Assembly: GCA_963666315.2 (NCBI GenBank)
Contig: CAXXHG010000040.1
Span: forward strand, 55,149-119,148
Reading direction: 5' to 3'
Origin: Candidatus Binatia bacterium
GTDB lineage: Bacteria; Desulfobacterota; Binatia; Bin18
DNA length: 64,000 nucleotides
The notes under the pieces are model-generated. The model saw only the letters and a list, made by a program, of their open reading frames with translations, was not told the origin of the DNA and ran no database searches. The position numbers were made by a program, and so were the translations under genes. Positions 1 through 8,965 of this stretch are shown here, one piece after another (the stretch's first letter is position 1; each line of letters opens with the position of its first letter).

Positions 1-2
1 TG

Positions 3-593
3 CATGTGAGTCTAGTCCCCGCTGATGCAGATTCCGGATCTTTTCTGTTTGCGTACGATATCGCACTTGGGGTCCGACCGGACGATGAGGAGCGGAGAAA
101 CACGCTGAATACACTCTTAGATCAGCACTCAGAGGAAATCCACGCTATTCTGATCCACTACGGCGTCCCTATGACTGCTGCCCAGCGGACTCAAAGTCCG
201 TCTGACGAGCAGACTCAAAGTCCGACTAACGAAACGGCTATTCAGCCCCAAGTTCACAATGTTGAATCATCCCCAGAGGCTGGCGCAGAACCAGTCAAAC
301 TCAACCCCTATACCGGCAACCCTGAGGCTATTGCAGAGGGCGAAGAACTGTATAAGCTACTGAATTGTTATAGCTGCCATGGACTGCGCGGTGGCGGGGG
401 GATGGGACCCAACTTGACCGATGAACAATGGAAAGAAGGTACGGGCAGCGACATACGGGTGATGGCGCAGGTCATGACCGGGCGGAACAAAATGCCTGGA
501 TACGAAAGGGCGATTACAGAAGATGAAGCGTGGAAGGTCATCGCCTACGTGCGGACCCTGTATAAGGGAGATCCCTCGACCGTTGAGTGGTAG
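3..593 (+). CDS. 5'-truncated fusion: XoxJ/MxaJ-like periplasmic binding domain C-terminus + XoxG/cytochrome cL-like monoheme cytochrome c
   Basis: FAYDIALGVR..D...R..L...L.....EI.AIL..YGVP resembles the MxaJ/XoxJ C-terminus. After a Q/S/P/T-rich linker come NPYTGNPEAIAEG, CYSCH and GGGMGPNLTD. The frame is open to the window edge. Confidence 0.7.
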   Translation, partial: HVSLVPADADSGSFLFAYDIALGVRPDDEERRNTLNTLLDQHSEEIHAILIHYGVPMTAAQRTQSPSDEQTQSPTNETAIQPQVHNVESSPEAGAEPVKLNPYTGNPEAIAEGEELYKLLNCYSCHGLRGGGGMGPNLTDEQWKEGTGSDIRVMAQVMTGRNKMPGYERAITEDEAWKVIAYVRTLYKGDPSTVEW

Positions 594-741
594 GAGAGGA
601 AGGGCTGTAATGCTCGCGGAAAGGGTGTGAGGAGGGGTACGGGTGACCGTGCCCCTTTTGTTTTTGCTAGACGGAGTCAGTCTCTCGTACGAGCAATTAG
701 GCCATGGAGCACATACAAGCCGGGGACAGGAGATAAAGGGT

Positions 742-1690
742 ATGCAGTGCCCGAATTGTGGGCAAGACAACCGTGGGGGAGCAAAGTTCTGCGATGAGTG
801 CGGGACTCCGCTGTCGGCCCAGCCTGTTCAGACTGATCCGGTGCAGACACACGACGGGCGACGGCAGTTGACGGTCATGTTCTGCGATGTAGTTGGCTCG
901 ATCGCACTGGCAGGTCGGCTCGATCCTGAGGAGTGGCGCGACATCATTCAGGTCTATCAAGAGACCTGCGCCACTGTCGTGCGACGTTTCAGTGGCTATA
1001 TCGCCCAATATCTGGGAGACGGATTGTTAGTCTATTTCGGATATCCCATTACACACGAGGATGACGCCGTCCGTGCCATCAAAACAGGTCTCGGCATCCT
1101 GGCTGAACTCCAAGCGATGAACGCGCGTCTCAAAGAGCCTGGACGCGCACGCCTTTTTCCAACAGACGGCAAAGAGTCACAAGGGATACGGCTCCGTATC
1201 GGTATTCATACTGGTCAAGTTGTTGTCGGGAATATGGGCGCAGGCGAGCGACACGAACAACTTGCTCTTGGCGAGACGCGCAATATTGCGGCCCGTCTCC
1301 AATCAATTGCCAAAGCAGACACGATGGTAATAAGTGCGGCAACCTTCCGTCTGGTCGAAGGCTTCTTTGAATGTCATACCTTGGGACCACACGCGCTCAA
1401 AGGCATAACAACGCCCCTCTCGGTTTACCATGTCATTGCTGAAGGGAGTGCCCAGAGTCGGTTTGGAGGTTGTGCTCGAAGCGGGTCTGACTCCGCTCGT
1501 CGGACGGGTAAAAGACCTCCAATTTCTCCAAGAACGGTGAGACGAGGCCAGAGCCCGACACGGCCAGGTCGTTCTCTTAGACGGGGACCCGGGCATTGAA
1601 AAATCTCGATTAGTGCAAGAGCTCAAAGATCAAGTGGCAAAAGCTGGTGAAGCCAGACGGGAATTTCGCTGCTCGTCGTTTGCGCAAAAC
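742..1690 (+). pseudogene. Zinc-ribbon + class III adenylate/guanylate cyclase + truncated AAA/STAND ATPase, disrupted
   Basis: CPNC..N....KFCDECG ribbon; RRQLTVMFCDVVGS, YLGDG, RIGIHTG cyclase motifs. After a frameshift near 1465 it reads LTPLVGR...ER*...VVLLDGDPGIEKSRL (decayed Walker A), then is truncated at the next gene. Confidence 0.85.
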
Positions 1691-1703
1691 ATGGAGGGAC
1701 GTA

Positions 1704-2798
1704 ATGCAGAAGATTTTCATGGTGTTATTCATCGTTACTGGAGTGCTGCCGCATATGGTGTGGGCAGCAGAGATACTAGAGACAAACGTGCCACAGGCAG
1801 ACCTGCTAGAAGCGGACGTGCCCCCAATCGCAGGGGAAGAACAGGGTACAGCCTTCAAGGCTTGGGTGTACACCCAGTTGCCCGATACCCCTGAGGGGCT
1901 CGGCGTGGATTCTCAGGGCAATCTGTATGCGTCTCTGTTTCATACCGGAGAGATCGTGCAACTGAAGGAGGATGGACAGTATGTCCATATCGCTTGGATT
2001 CCATCTGAAGAAGACAGCGGCAAGGGGCACGTCCTGGGTATTGAGTCCGACAAAGATGACAATTTGTATGTGGCCTATAAAGCCCGCTCCAAATATGACC
2101 GCGTCGGAGATCCGCGTCATCCCGCGTGTCGGGATGCGACTGATGTCACCAGTGGTGTGTATCGGATAGATGCTGAGACTCGTGAGGTGACACCCGTGGC
2201 AACGCGCGGAGACGGCTGGCCGTTTTGTTTTCCTGACGATGTGGACATAGACGATGTGGGCAATATTTATCTGGCCGATTTGACATATGCCGGCATCTGG
2301 AAGATCACGCTAGATGGTCAAGTCACCTTGTGGTCGGAGCATCCACTCCTGCACTGGACTGCGACGCCCTATTCCGGGTTCCCGCTTGGGGTGAACGCGC
2401 TTGTCCTCGACCCGGGCCAACGGAATATATACGCAGCCACGAGCGGCGATCCACTCATACTGCGCATTCCCATTCAGGCCGATGGCAGTGCCGGGGAACC
2501 CGTCGTCATTTCCCGTGGGCATACCCTGCTCGATGGGATGGCTTTGGATGAAGCCGGCAATATCTACGTCTCGGAGATTTTCCGCAGCGAGATCATTGGT
2601 GTATCTCCAGACGGCAGCCGCCGAGTGGTGGTTGCTAACACAGACTCTACGCCGCTGGATGGTAATGCCAGTCTTGTGATTCGAGATGGCATCCTATATG
2701 TGGCAAACTTGGGCTTTGCCCATGCGCGTTGGCAGGATGCGAACAAAACCGTTGTGGCGATACAAGGGTTTACAAAACCCATTCAGAAGCAAGAGTAA
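1704..2798 (+). CDS. Secreted SMP-30/gluconolactonase (beta-propeller) family protein
   Basis: Signal peptide; PEGLGVDSQGNLY, FPDDVDID..GNIY, LDGMALDEAGNIYVSE blades; RBS GGAGGG before ATG 1704. Confidence 0.8.
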   Translation: MQKIFMVLFIVTGVLPHMVWAAEILETNVPQADLLEADVPPIAGEEQGTAFKAWVYTQLPDTPEGLGVDSQGNLYASLFHTGEIVQLKEDGQYVHIAWIPSEEDSGKGHVLGIESDKDDNLYVAYKARSKYDRVGDPRHPACRDATDVTSGVYRIDAETREVTPVATRGDGWPFCFPDDVDIDDVGNIYLADLTYAGIWKITLDGQVTLWSEHPLLHWTATPYSGFPLGVNALVLDPGQRNIYAATSGDPLILRIPIQADGSAGEPVVISRGHTLLDGMALDEAGNIYVSEIFRSEIIGVSPDGSRRVVVANTDSTPLDGNASLVIRDGILYVANLGFAHARWQDANKTVVAIQGFTKPIQKQE

Positions 2799-2862
2799 AA
2801 AATCTGACCGGAGAGGCTCGGCAGGAGAGACTCAGAGAGAAGAATCATACGCGGAGGAAGAC

Positions 2863-3723
2863 ATGTCCGAACACGTCACAGGAATAGAAGGCCAGGAAAA
2901 TGGGCACCAGCTCATGAGTGCCTCTGAAGAAGACGTTGAACGCGGCTCCAGAGAATATGAGCGGGAACGCGACGTCCAAACGGCTAAAGATGTTATGCTT
3001 CGGTTGCAGGAACGCAACGGACGGCTGCGCGGCAAAATTTCGGCTGTAGAAGATCGCGTCCAACGCGGCTTGTTGATCACGGGAGGGATCGGAGTAGGAG
3101 GCGTCGCGCTGCTCATGCTGATCCTCTTTACCGTTGTGCTGCCGCTCAAAGGGCAGGTTGCCGAACTCCAAGCCTCTCTGGCTTTGCTGCAAACAGGAGA
3201 AGGGCAGGCGGCAGAGCAAGCAGCAGTCGCTGCGAAGCGATCCATGCAGCGGGTAGAGGCCGACCTCAGGCAATCAGTCCAGGCATTGGCTGCGGATGCC
3301 ATTGCTGCAGCTCTGCACGGCGCGATTCGTGTTGATACCGCCGGCAACGTTGATATTGGCACTGCGGGCTCGGCAACACAGGTCAAGATCCTGGGTGATC
3401 TGATTGGTGCCGTGCGTGGTCCCGAGGGGCAGCCGCTACGCATGGTGATGGGTAAAACTAATCCACACCGGACGAACTGGGTCTTATACACACCAGGCGG
3501 GGTGTATACCGATATTGATACCTCTGCTGCCGGCTTTTCAACGACGCCGCAGTATTTCACCAGTCTGACCGGCGAGCTGCGACACAATCTGGCGCGTGGT
3601 GCGACCAGTATTTACGAATCCACGGCCCAGGGCTTTCGAGTCTATGTCAGGCGCAGGGGACTCACTCCAGAGAAGGCCCAAGAGTGGGGCTGGTCGATTA
3701 GTTGGATTGCGGTTGGGGAGTAG
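2863..3723 (+). CDS. Membrane-anchored coiled-coil protein with C-terminal beta domain (lectin/fibre-tip-like, function unknown)
   Basis: RBS GGAGG; one TM segment; heptad region; C-terminus GVYTDIDTSAAGF..TP.YFTSL.G...GATSIY..T..GFRVYV...W.ISW.A.G. Confidence 0.6.
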   Translation: MSEHVTGIEGQENGHQLMSASEEDVERGSREYERERDVQTAKDVMLRLQERNGRLRGKISAVEDRVQRGLLITGGIGVGGVALLMLILFTVVLPLKGQVAELQASLALLQTGEGQAAEQAAVAAKRSMQRVEADLRQSVQALAADAIAAALHGAIRVDTAGNVDIGTAGSATQVKILGDLIGAVRGPEGQPLRMVMGKTNPHRTNWVLYTPGGVYTDIDTSAAGFSTTPQYFTSLTGELRHNLARGATSIYESTAQGFRVYVRRRGLTPEKAQEWGWSISWIAVGE

Positions 3724-3861
3724 GGAACGGTCCCCTCCGGTCCCGTCATTGCCTTGGAATTCTTGTAGGGTGCAGCCTCACCGCCCGGACTCGACGAACT
3801 GACTTAACCCAAAAGTCCCTTGCACCTTTCTTCATTTTCCCTTTTGCCCTCCTTCGTGCGA

Positions 3862-4033
3862 ATGGAACAATTCAAACCTGGCCAACCTGCAACACAGCCT
3901 GGATTTTGGGGCTCTATCCGAGAAGCGCTCCGGGGCAGCCGTCTTCTGGGCAATTGCGATTTCTTATTCCATATCAGCAGTGGTGGGAACGGTCTTGTTT
4001 CGTCGTGGCGGTCGGAAGACTCGTCAGATTTAA
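3862..4033 (+). pseudogene. MATE efflux transporter remnant (N- and C-termini joined, middle deleted)
   Basis: MEQ...FWGSIREALRGS joined out of frame near 3940 to VFWAIAISYSISAVVGTVLFRRGGRKTRQI*; both resemble MATE termini. Confidence 0.6.
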
Positions 4034-4084
4034 CCATCTGGTGTCGGATTACGCTACGCTAATCCGACCTACGGGATAGACAAT

Positions 4085-4116
4085 AAAAAAGGGGCAGGAA
4101 AAATCCTGCCCCTTTT
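4085..4116. terminator. Rho-independent terminator, probably bidirectional
   Basis: AAAAGGGGCAGGA-aaaa-TCCTGCCCCTTTT, 30 nt downstream of the 4147 stop. Confidence 0.85.
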
Positions 4117-4146
4117 CGGTTCGTGCGTTATGAACGGGTATGCGGC

Positions 4147-5871
4147 TTAGTCTCTGCCGTGGCGCAGCAGGTGGCCTGGGGTTGCGCCCGTGCATTTGCC
4201 GTCTTCAAAAGTGACGTCGCCGTTCACCATGATCCAGCGATAGCCTTCAGCGTATTGTACGCGCCGCCATTCGCCACCTGGGAAGTCGTGGACGACTTTC
4301 GGCTTCTCTGGGGTGAGCTTCAAGTTCTCAAGGTCGTAGACGACCACATCTGCCGGTGTACCTTCACGCAGGATGCCACGACCTTCGAAGCCGGCGCACT
4401 CGGCAGGCATACCGCTCAGCCGATAGTGGGCTTCTTCCAGGCTCATAAAGCCGGCATCGCGAACCATCCAGGTCAACATATCAGTCGGGTAGGCACCCAG
4501 GGTGATGAACTTGGTATGGGCGCCACCGTCTGACACGCCGGCCATACTGTACGGGGAGGCCATCAGCTCGGACACATAGTCTGCGCGTACGTTGCGAGCT
4601 GGAGTGAGGAATTCGGTTCCCAGCTTATCCTCAACAGCAATATCGAACATCGCGTCCATGGGATGCTTATTCTCCATTTTGGCGACTTCTTCGATCGTCT
4701 TGCCAATAAATTTTTCGAACTTCTTATTCACCACGGATTCAATCGTGAAATTTTTGAACGATCCGGTCACGACCGGCGTATGTCCGGTATCATATTCTGC
4801 GACCAGAGCCTGGCGAATAGCAGGATTTTTGAGCTTTTCGAGACGTTCGGCTGGGGTGCCCAAGGTCACTTCACGTACGACATCATTTCCGTCGAAGAGT
4901 CCCGTTATTTCACCAAAATTGAAGTACAACCCTTGGCGCATGACTGCGGTCTGGTTGTAGATTTTGCGGCCGGCTTTGTTCGTCTTTTCCATCCAGCGCA
5001 AGATGCGGCGGTGTATGCTCGGCCGGTCGTCACGCGTAGCCGTGGCATTAAACAAGATGGGACGGCCACAGTCATCGGCCAGGCGATCGTAGAATTTCAT
5101 ATCGGCTTCAAAGTCCGGGCTGGCTTGGGTGAGCTGGATGAAGCCTTCTCCACGCTCCTTCAACACCCGGCCAAAGGCCAGTACGTCTTCGTCCGCCATA
5201 GTGTCCGTCACCATCGGGGTGCCATCGTAGTCGCGCTGGACAGAGATAAAGCCATCACCCAAACGCTGAGCCGAGAATCCACAGCCACCGGCATCCAGGG
5301 ATTCACTCAGAATCTGAGCCATAGCTTTCTTTTCTTTGTCTGTAGCCGGACGACTCTTGGCCGCTTCGAGCCCCATGGTCCAGATCATAATCGGCGCAAT
5401 AGGCACAAAGCTGAGGACGTTCACTCCTTTGGGCAGCTTATCAAGGGAGTCCATCCACTCTGGGAAAGTGACCCAGTCCCACTTCATGCCAGCCTTCATA
5501 GACTCGTACGGAATGGCTTCGACGCGTGACATGGACAACATAGCCCGTTCGCGCATCTCGGGTTTCACCGGAGCGAAACCAAATCCACAGTTGCCGATTA
5601 CAATCGAAGTTACCCCGTGCCAGCCAGACAGGGTGACGTAGGGGTCCCAGTTAATCTGGGCATCGTAGTGGGTGTGTAGATCAATAAAGCCCGGTGCAAC
5701 GACTAACCCATGCGCATCAAGCGTTTTTTTGGCATCGCTCGGGCTGAGTTTGCCATTCGGCTCGATCTTGGCAATCTTGCCGTCTTTAATACCGACGTCA
5801 CCCAGGTAACGCGGGGTGCGGGAACCATCAACGATGGTGCCGCCTTGGATAAGAACATCATATTCAGCCAT
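4147..5871 (-). CDS. N-acyl-D-amino-acid deacylase family amidohydrolase
   Basis: GGTIVDG, APGFIDLHTHYDAQ, GNCGFGFAP, SDGGAH, ADVVVYD motifs. Confidence 0.9.
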   Translation of the reverse strand: MAEYDVLIQGGTIVDGSRTPRYLGDVGIKDGKIAKIEPNGKLSPSDAKKTLDAHGLVVAPGFIDLHTHYDAQINWDPYVTLSGWHGVTSIVIGNCGFGFAPVKPEMRERAMLSMSRVEAIPYESMKAGMKWDWVTFPEWMDSLDKLPKGVNVLSFVPIAPIMIWTMGLEAAKSRPATDKEKKAMAQILSESLDAGGCGFSAQRLGDGFISVQRDYDGTPMVTDTMADEDVLAFGRVLKERGEGFIQLTQASPDFEADMKFYDRLADDCGRPILFNATATRDDRPSIHRRILRWMEKTNKAGRKIYNQTAVMRQGLYFNFGEITGLFDGNDVVREVTLGTPAERLEKLKNPAIRQALVAEYDTGHTPVVTGSFKNFTIESVVNKKFEKFIGKTIEEVAKMENKHPMDAMFDIAVEDKLGTEFLTPARNVRADYVSELMASPYSMAGVSDGGAHTKFITLGAYPTDMLTWMVRDAGFMSLEEAHYRLSGMPAECAGFEGRGILREGTPADVVVYDLENLKLTPEKPKVVHDFPGGEWRRVQYAEGYRWIMVNGDVTFEDGKCTGATPGHLLRHGRD

Positions 5872-6106
5872 ATTTTCCCTCCCTTTTGGGTAACAAAATG
5901 AACCAGAAAAATTGAACGCTCACTCAGGATCTGTATCGAACCATGCCACAGGCCAACTAGCGGTGTCAACACAGCAGTATTTGTTTTTCTGATTGTTTCA
6001 TACAAAGTACGAGCAAAGCATGAGAAAGCAAAGAGGTCTGCTAAGAATGGGCCGAAGGAGCGGCAGCGAATGCGGTTTCCCTCCCGCCGTAGTATCGTCC
6101 GTCCTC

Positions 6107-7207
6107 CTACTGAATGCCGTATAGTTCGGCGGCATTCCCGCCAACAACCTTTGCTAGGATGTCTGCCGGCGCTAGGAAGAAGTGTTCAGCGATATACTCC
6201 TTGGAGCGCGGCCAGGGCGAGTCGGTATGCGGATAGTCTGACGACCACATGATCTTGTTCATGTCGAAGCGTTTCTGGGTGTCGATCCACACATCCTCAA
6301 ATTGGAACGTCGCCCAGACTTGGCGTTTAATATACTCGCTGGGCATCATCGACAGTTGGACATTTTCGAAGTGGCGCAGCCGATCATAGCCGTGGTCGAG
6401 TCGGTACATAAAATGCGGCAGCCAGGAGACGTCGTTCTCAGCCGAGACGATTTTCAGTTTGGGATGGCGCTCAAACACACCACCGTAGACCATGTCCGCC
6501 AAGGTGATCTGAATTTCCTGCGGCAGGCTCATATAGGAGCGCAGGATCTTACTGAAGTCGATGCCATGGCCACGTCGGGAGGTCAGGATATGGAGCGAGA
6601 GCGGCATATTGAGGTCAGCCGCCGCAGCCCAGAAGGGGTCGTATTCTTTGCTGCTATACGGACGATCGTCAGGCGGTGCACCCCAAATGAGAGCGCCTCG
6701 CATGCCCATTTTGGCGATCCGTTCAAGTTCTCGAATACCGGCGGGAATGTCTTCAAGCGTCACTGCGCCAAGGCCGATAAGCCGATTCGGAGCGTGCGTG
6801 CAATATTCAGCCCCCCAGTTGTTGAAAGCGCTGAAGGCGGACGCCCGCAGCTCAGCGTCTTCCAAGCCAAACAGCAACATGCCCATCGAAGTATACATCG
6901 CTTCGGCAGTCACCCCATCGCGTTCTTGGTCTTTGAGGCGTTCCGCAGGGTCCCAGACACTCTTGGGCGCGACCTCGAAGCCTTTTTGCATATGCCCAGG
7001 CAGCTCTTCCGCGCTTTTGCCCGAGCCAAAGAAGCCGGCCACAGGAACTGGAGTGATGTTTTCACACACAAAGAATTCACCGTCTTTTCCATCGTGTCCG
7101 TGTATAGTGTGCGGGGCACGGTCACGGAACTTCTTGTCCATGCGTTCCGCCCACATATCAGGGGGTTCGACAAAATGTGAATCGCCGGAAATGATACGAT
7201 ATGCCAT
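6107..7207 (-). CDS. Amidohydrolase_2 family protein
   Basis: ISGDSHFVEP, LSLHI, GVFERHPKLK, MWSSDYPHTD. Confidence 0.9.
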   Translation of the reverse strand: MAYRIISGDSHFVEPPDMWAERMDKKFRDRAPHTIHGHDGKDGEFFVCENITPVPVAGFFGSGKSAEELPGHMQKGFEVAPKSVWDPAERLKDQERDGVTAEAMYTSMGMLLFGLEDAELRASAFSAFNNWGAEYCTHAPNRLIGLGAVTLEDIPAGIRELERIAKMGMRGALIWGAPPDDRPYSSKEYDPFWAAAADLNMPLSLHILTSRRGHGIDFSKILRSYMSLPQEIQITLADMVYGGVFERHPKLKIVSAENDVSWLPHFMYRLDHGYDRLRHFENVQLSMMPSEYIKRQVWATFQFEDVWIDTQKRFDMNKIMWSSDYPHTDSPWPRSKEYIAEHFFLAPADILAKVVGGNAAELYGIQ

Positions 7208-7507
7208 GCGCTGACCCTCCTTTAGTCAAAGCTAACCGACTGCCTAGTGAACTGTTTGGATGCGTCGCATTTCTACTTGGTCCTCATGAGGCTGCCCTGT
7301 CGGGTCGGTGATGTATGACTCGTAGGGTGGGCTCTTATTGCTGATGCGGGCGGGCATCGCGTGTTTCCCCGTTGCAGCGCTACTTGTCTCATCCCAATTG
7401 AGGAGACTGCCGGAGTTGGATACTGGCCGCTTCGCTATGTAATGTTGAGAATGTAGGACCGTTGCATAAAGAAAGTCAAACGGCCAACGGCCCGCGGCCA
7501 ACGGCCG

Positions 7508-7918
7508 CTAGGCCCCGTCCATATGTACTTTCCTGCTGGTAAACAGCCACCGGCCGTTGTGTTTGACCAGATGGTCCTCATATTCCCCTGTAATCATCAT
7601 CTTGGTGTCTGTTTCTTTGGTCGTTGACGTCATCATGAGGAAGCGGCGAGAGTGCGCGCTCTCTCCGTCAACCTCAGTCATGATGTTCGTCACGTAATGA
7701 CGCAGATTTGGGGTATCGGCGGTCAGCCGTTTGACCTCTGCGGTAAAACGGTCGAGTTCGCTGTGGGCGGCAAGCCGACCGATCATACCGTCAAAAACGC
7801 CATCCGGGGTAAAGCAGTCAGCCCAGCCCTGAAAATCGTTATGGTCAATCGCAAAATTGTAACGTGCAATCAGCTCAGCAATAGCGGCCTTTTCGCTCGC
7901 AAGCATATCTGGTGTCAT
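7508..7918 (-). CDS. SnoaL-like/NTF2 domain protein
   Basis: AIAELIARY..AID, FT.DG, RHYVTN, GEYED.LVK..GRW.F..R. Confidence 0.85.
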   Translation of the reverse strand: MTPDMLASEKAAIAELIARYNFAIDHNDFQGWADCFTPDGVFDGMIGRLAAHSELDRFTAEVKRLTADTPNLRHYVTNIMTEVDGESAHSRRFLMMTSTTKETDTKMMITGEYEDHLVKHNGRWLFTSRKVHMDGA

Positions 7919-8203
7919 AGGGCATTCCTCCTAGAAGTTTTCTTAAGCATTCCGCATAGCAAGCTTCACGCTCGGCGACAAGGAACGATCCTTGGACACT
8001 GCTGTTTACCGACTCTGTTTGGCAATATTTGACAGCATGGGCCTCCCCAGAGTAATCAAATGCGTACAGAATAGAGCGCATGTGTAGCGCTGCAGTCAGG
8101 ACAGGGACGCCGGACTACACCGCTGCTGATCAAGAGCGCCACAGTGGTCGATAGCTCGGTGCCCCGCATTCGCTGACCACGATACTACGTTAAGGGGAGA
8201 AAG

Positions 8204-8962
8204 ATGGATAAAGAGATGAGTAAAGAAATGGGTGTACGAGAGGTGGGGCTGGTCTTGTGTCTGGTCTTGGGCATGACTCTCAAGCCCGTCTGGGTTCAGG
8301 CTCAAGAGCAAGCGCAAGAAGCGGTGCAAGAAATGACACAAGCAGTAGCCCTAGCGGCTGCTGAAGATGCCAATCCGGAGCCGGGTCCAGAGCAGTCGTC
8401 CGCCCAAGAGTCTGCAGAATCAGCGCAGCAAGCAGAATTAGCAGAACTTGCAGAACCCGCAGAACCCGCAGAGCTAGCAGAACTGGCAGAGCCATCTGGG
8501 CAAGCAGAAGCAGCAGGACCTGCAGAACCTACGCAATCAGTGCCGCCAGCGAAAACCATGACTCTCGCATTGGCTGAGCATATTCTGGATGCCGCTCGGG
8601 CCCAAGCACAGGCTGAGGGATGGCGGATGAGCTTGGCCGTTATGGACGCCGCGGGCAATCTAGTGGCAATGATTCGGATGGACGGGGCACGCTGGATGAC
8701 TGCGCAAGTGGCACAGGCCAAAGCCTTTACTGCGGTAACTTTCCGCCGGCCTTCGGCAGCAGTAGAAGAGCTGGCAGAGCAGCGACCGGATTTGTTTAAG
8801 AGTCTGGTGACGTTGATCGATCGGCCGCTTTTGCTCGCTGGAGGGGGCTTGCCGGTGATTATCAATGGCGAGTTGCTTGGTAGCGTTGGTGCCAGCGGAG
8901 GGACCGAGGATCAGGACATTGACTGCGCTGAGGCAGGCCTGAATGCCATTGGGGAGGAATAA
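8204..8962 (+). CDS. GlcG/HbpS heme-binding family protein with signal peptide and acidic repeat linker
   Basis: AVMDAAGNLV...RMDGA, AQAKAFTA, GGGLPV...G...G.VGASGGTEDQD; N-terminal AE(L/P) repeats. Confidence 0.85.
   Translation: MDKEMSKEMGVREVGLVLCLVLGMTLKPVWVQAQEQAQEAVQEMTQAVALAAAEDANPEPGPEQSSAQESAESAQQAELAELAEPAEPAELAELAEPSGQAEAAGPAEPTQSVPPAKTMTLALAEHILDAARAQAQAEGWRMSLAVMDAAGNLVAMIRMDGARWMTAQVAQAKAFTAVTFRRPSAAVEELAEQRPDLFKSLVTLIDRPLLLAGGGLPVIINGELLGSVGASGGTEDQDIDCAEAGLNAIGEE
8431..8530 (+). repeat. Intragenic 9-bp tandem repeat (GCAGAAnnn) encoding AEL/AEP
   Basis: gcagaatta gcagaactt gcagaaccc gcagaaccc gcagagcta gcagaactg... Confidence 0.8.
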
Positions 8963-8965
8963 CAA

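Noticed and set aside
4123-7214. Long plus-strand ORFs (4663-5529, 6302-7180, 6561-7214)
   Set aside because: They are antisense shadows of the two amidohydrolases and show no motifs.
7210-7500. Riboswitch or ncRNA in the long leader of the amidohydrolase
   Set aside because: I could not recognise any conserved aptamer motif; an Rfam scan is needed.
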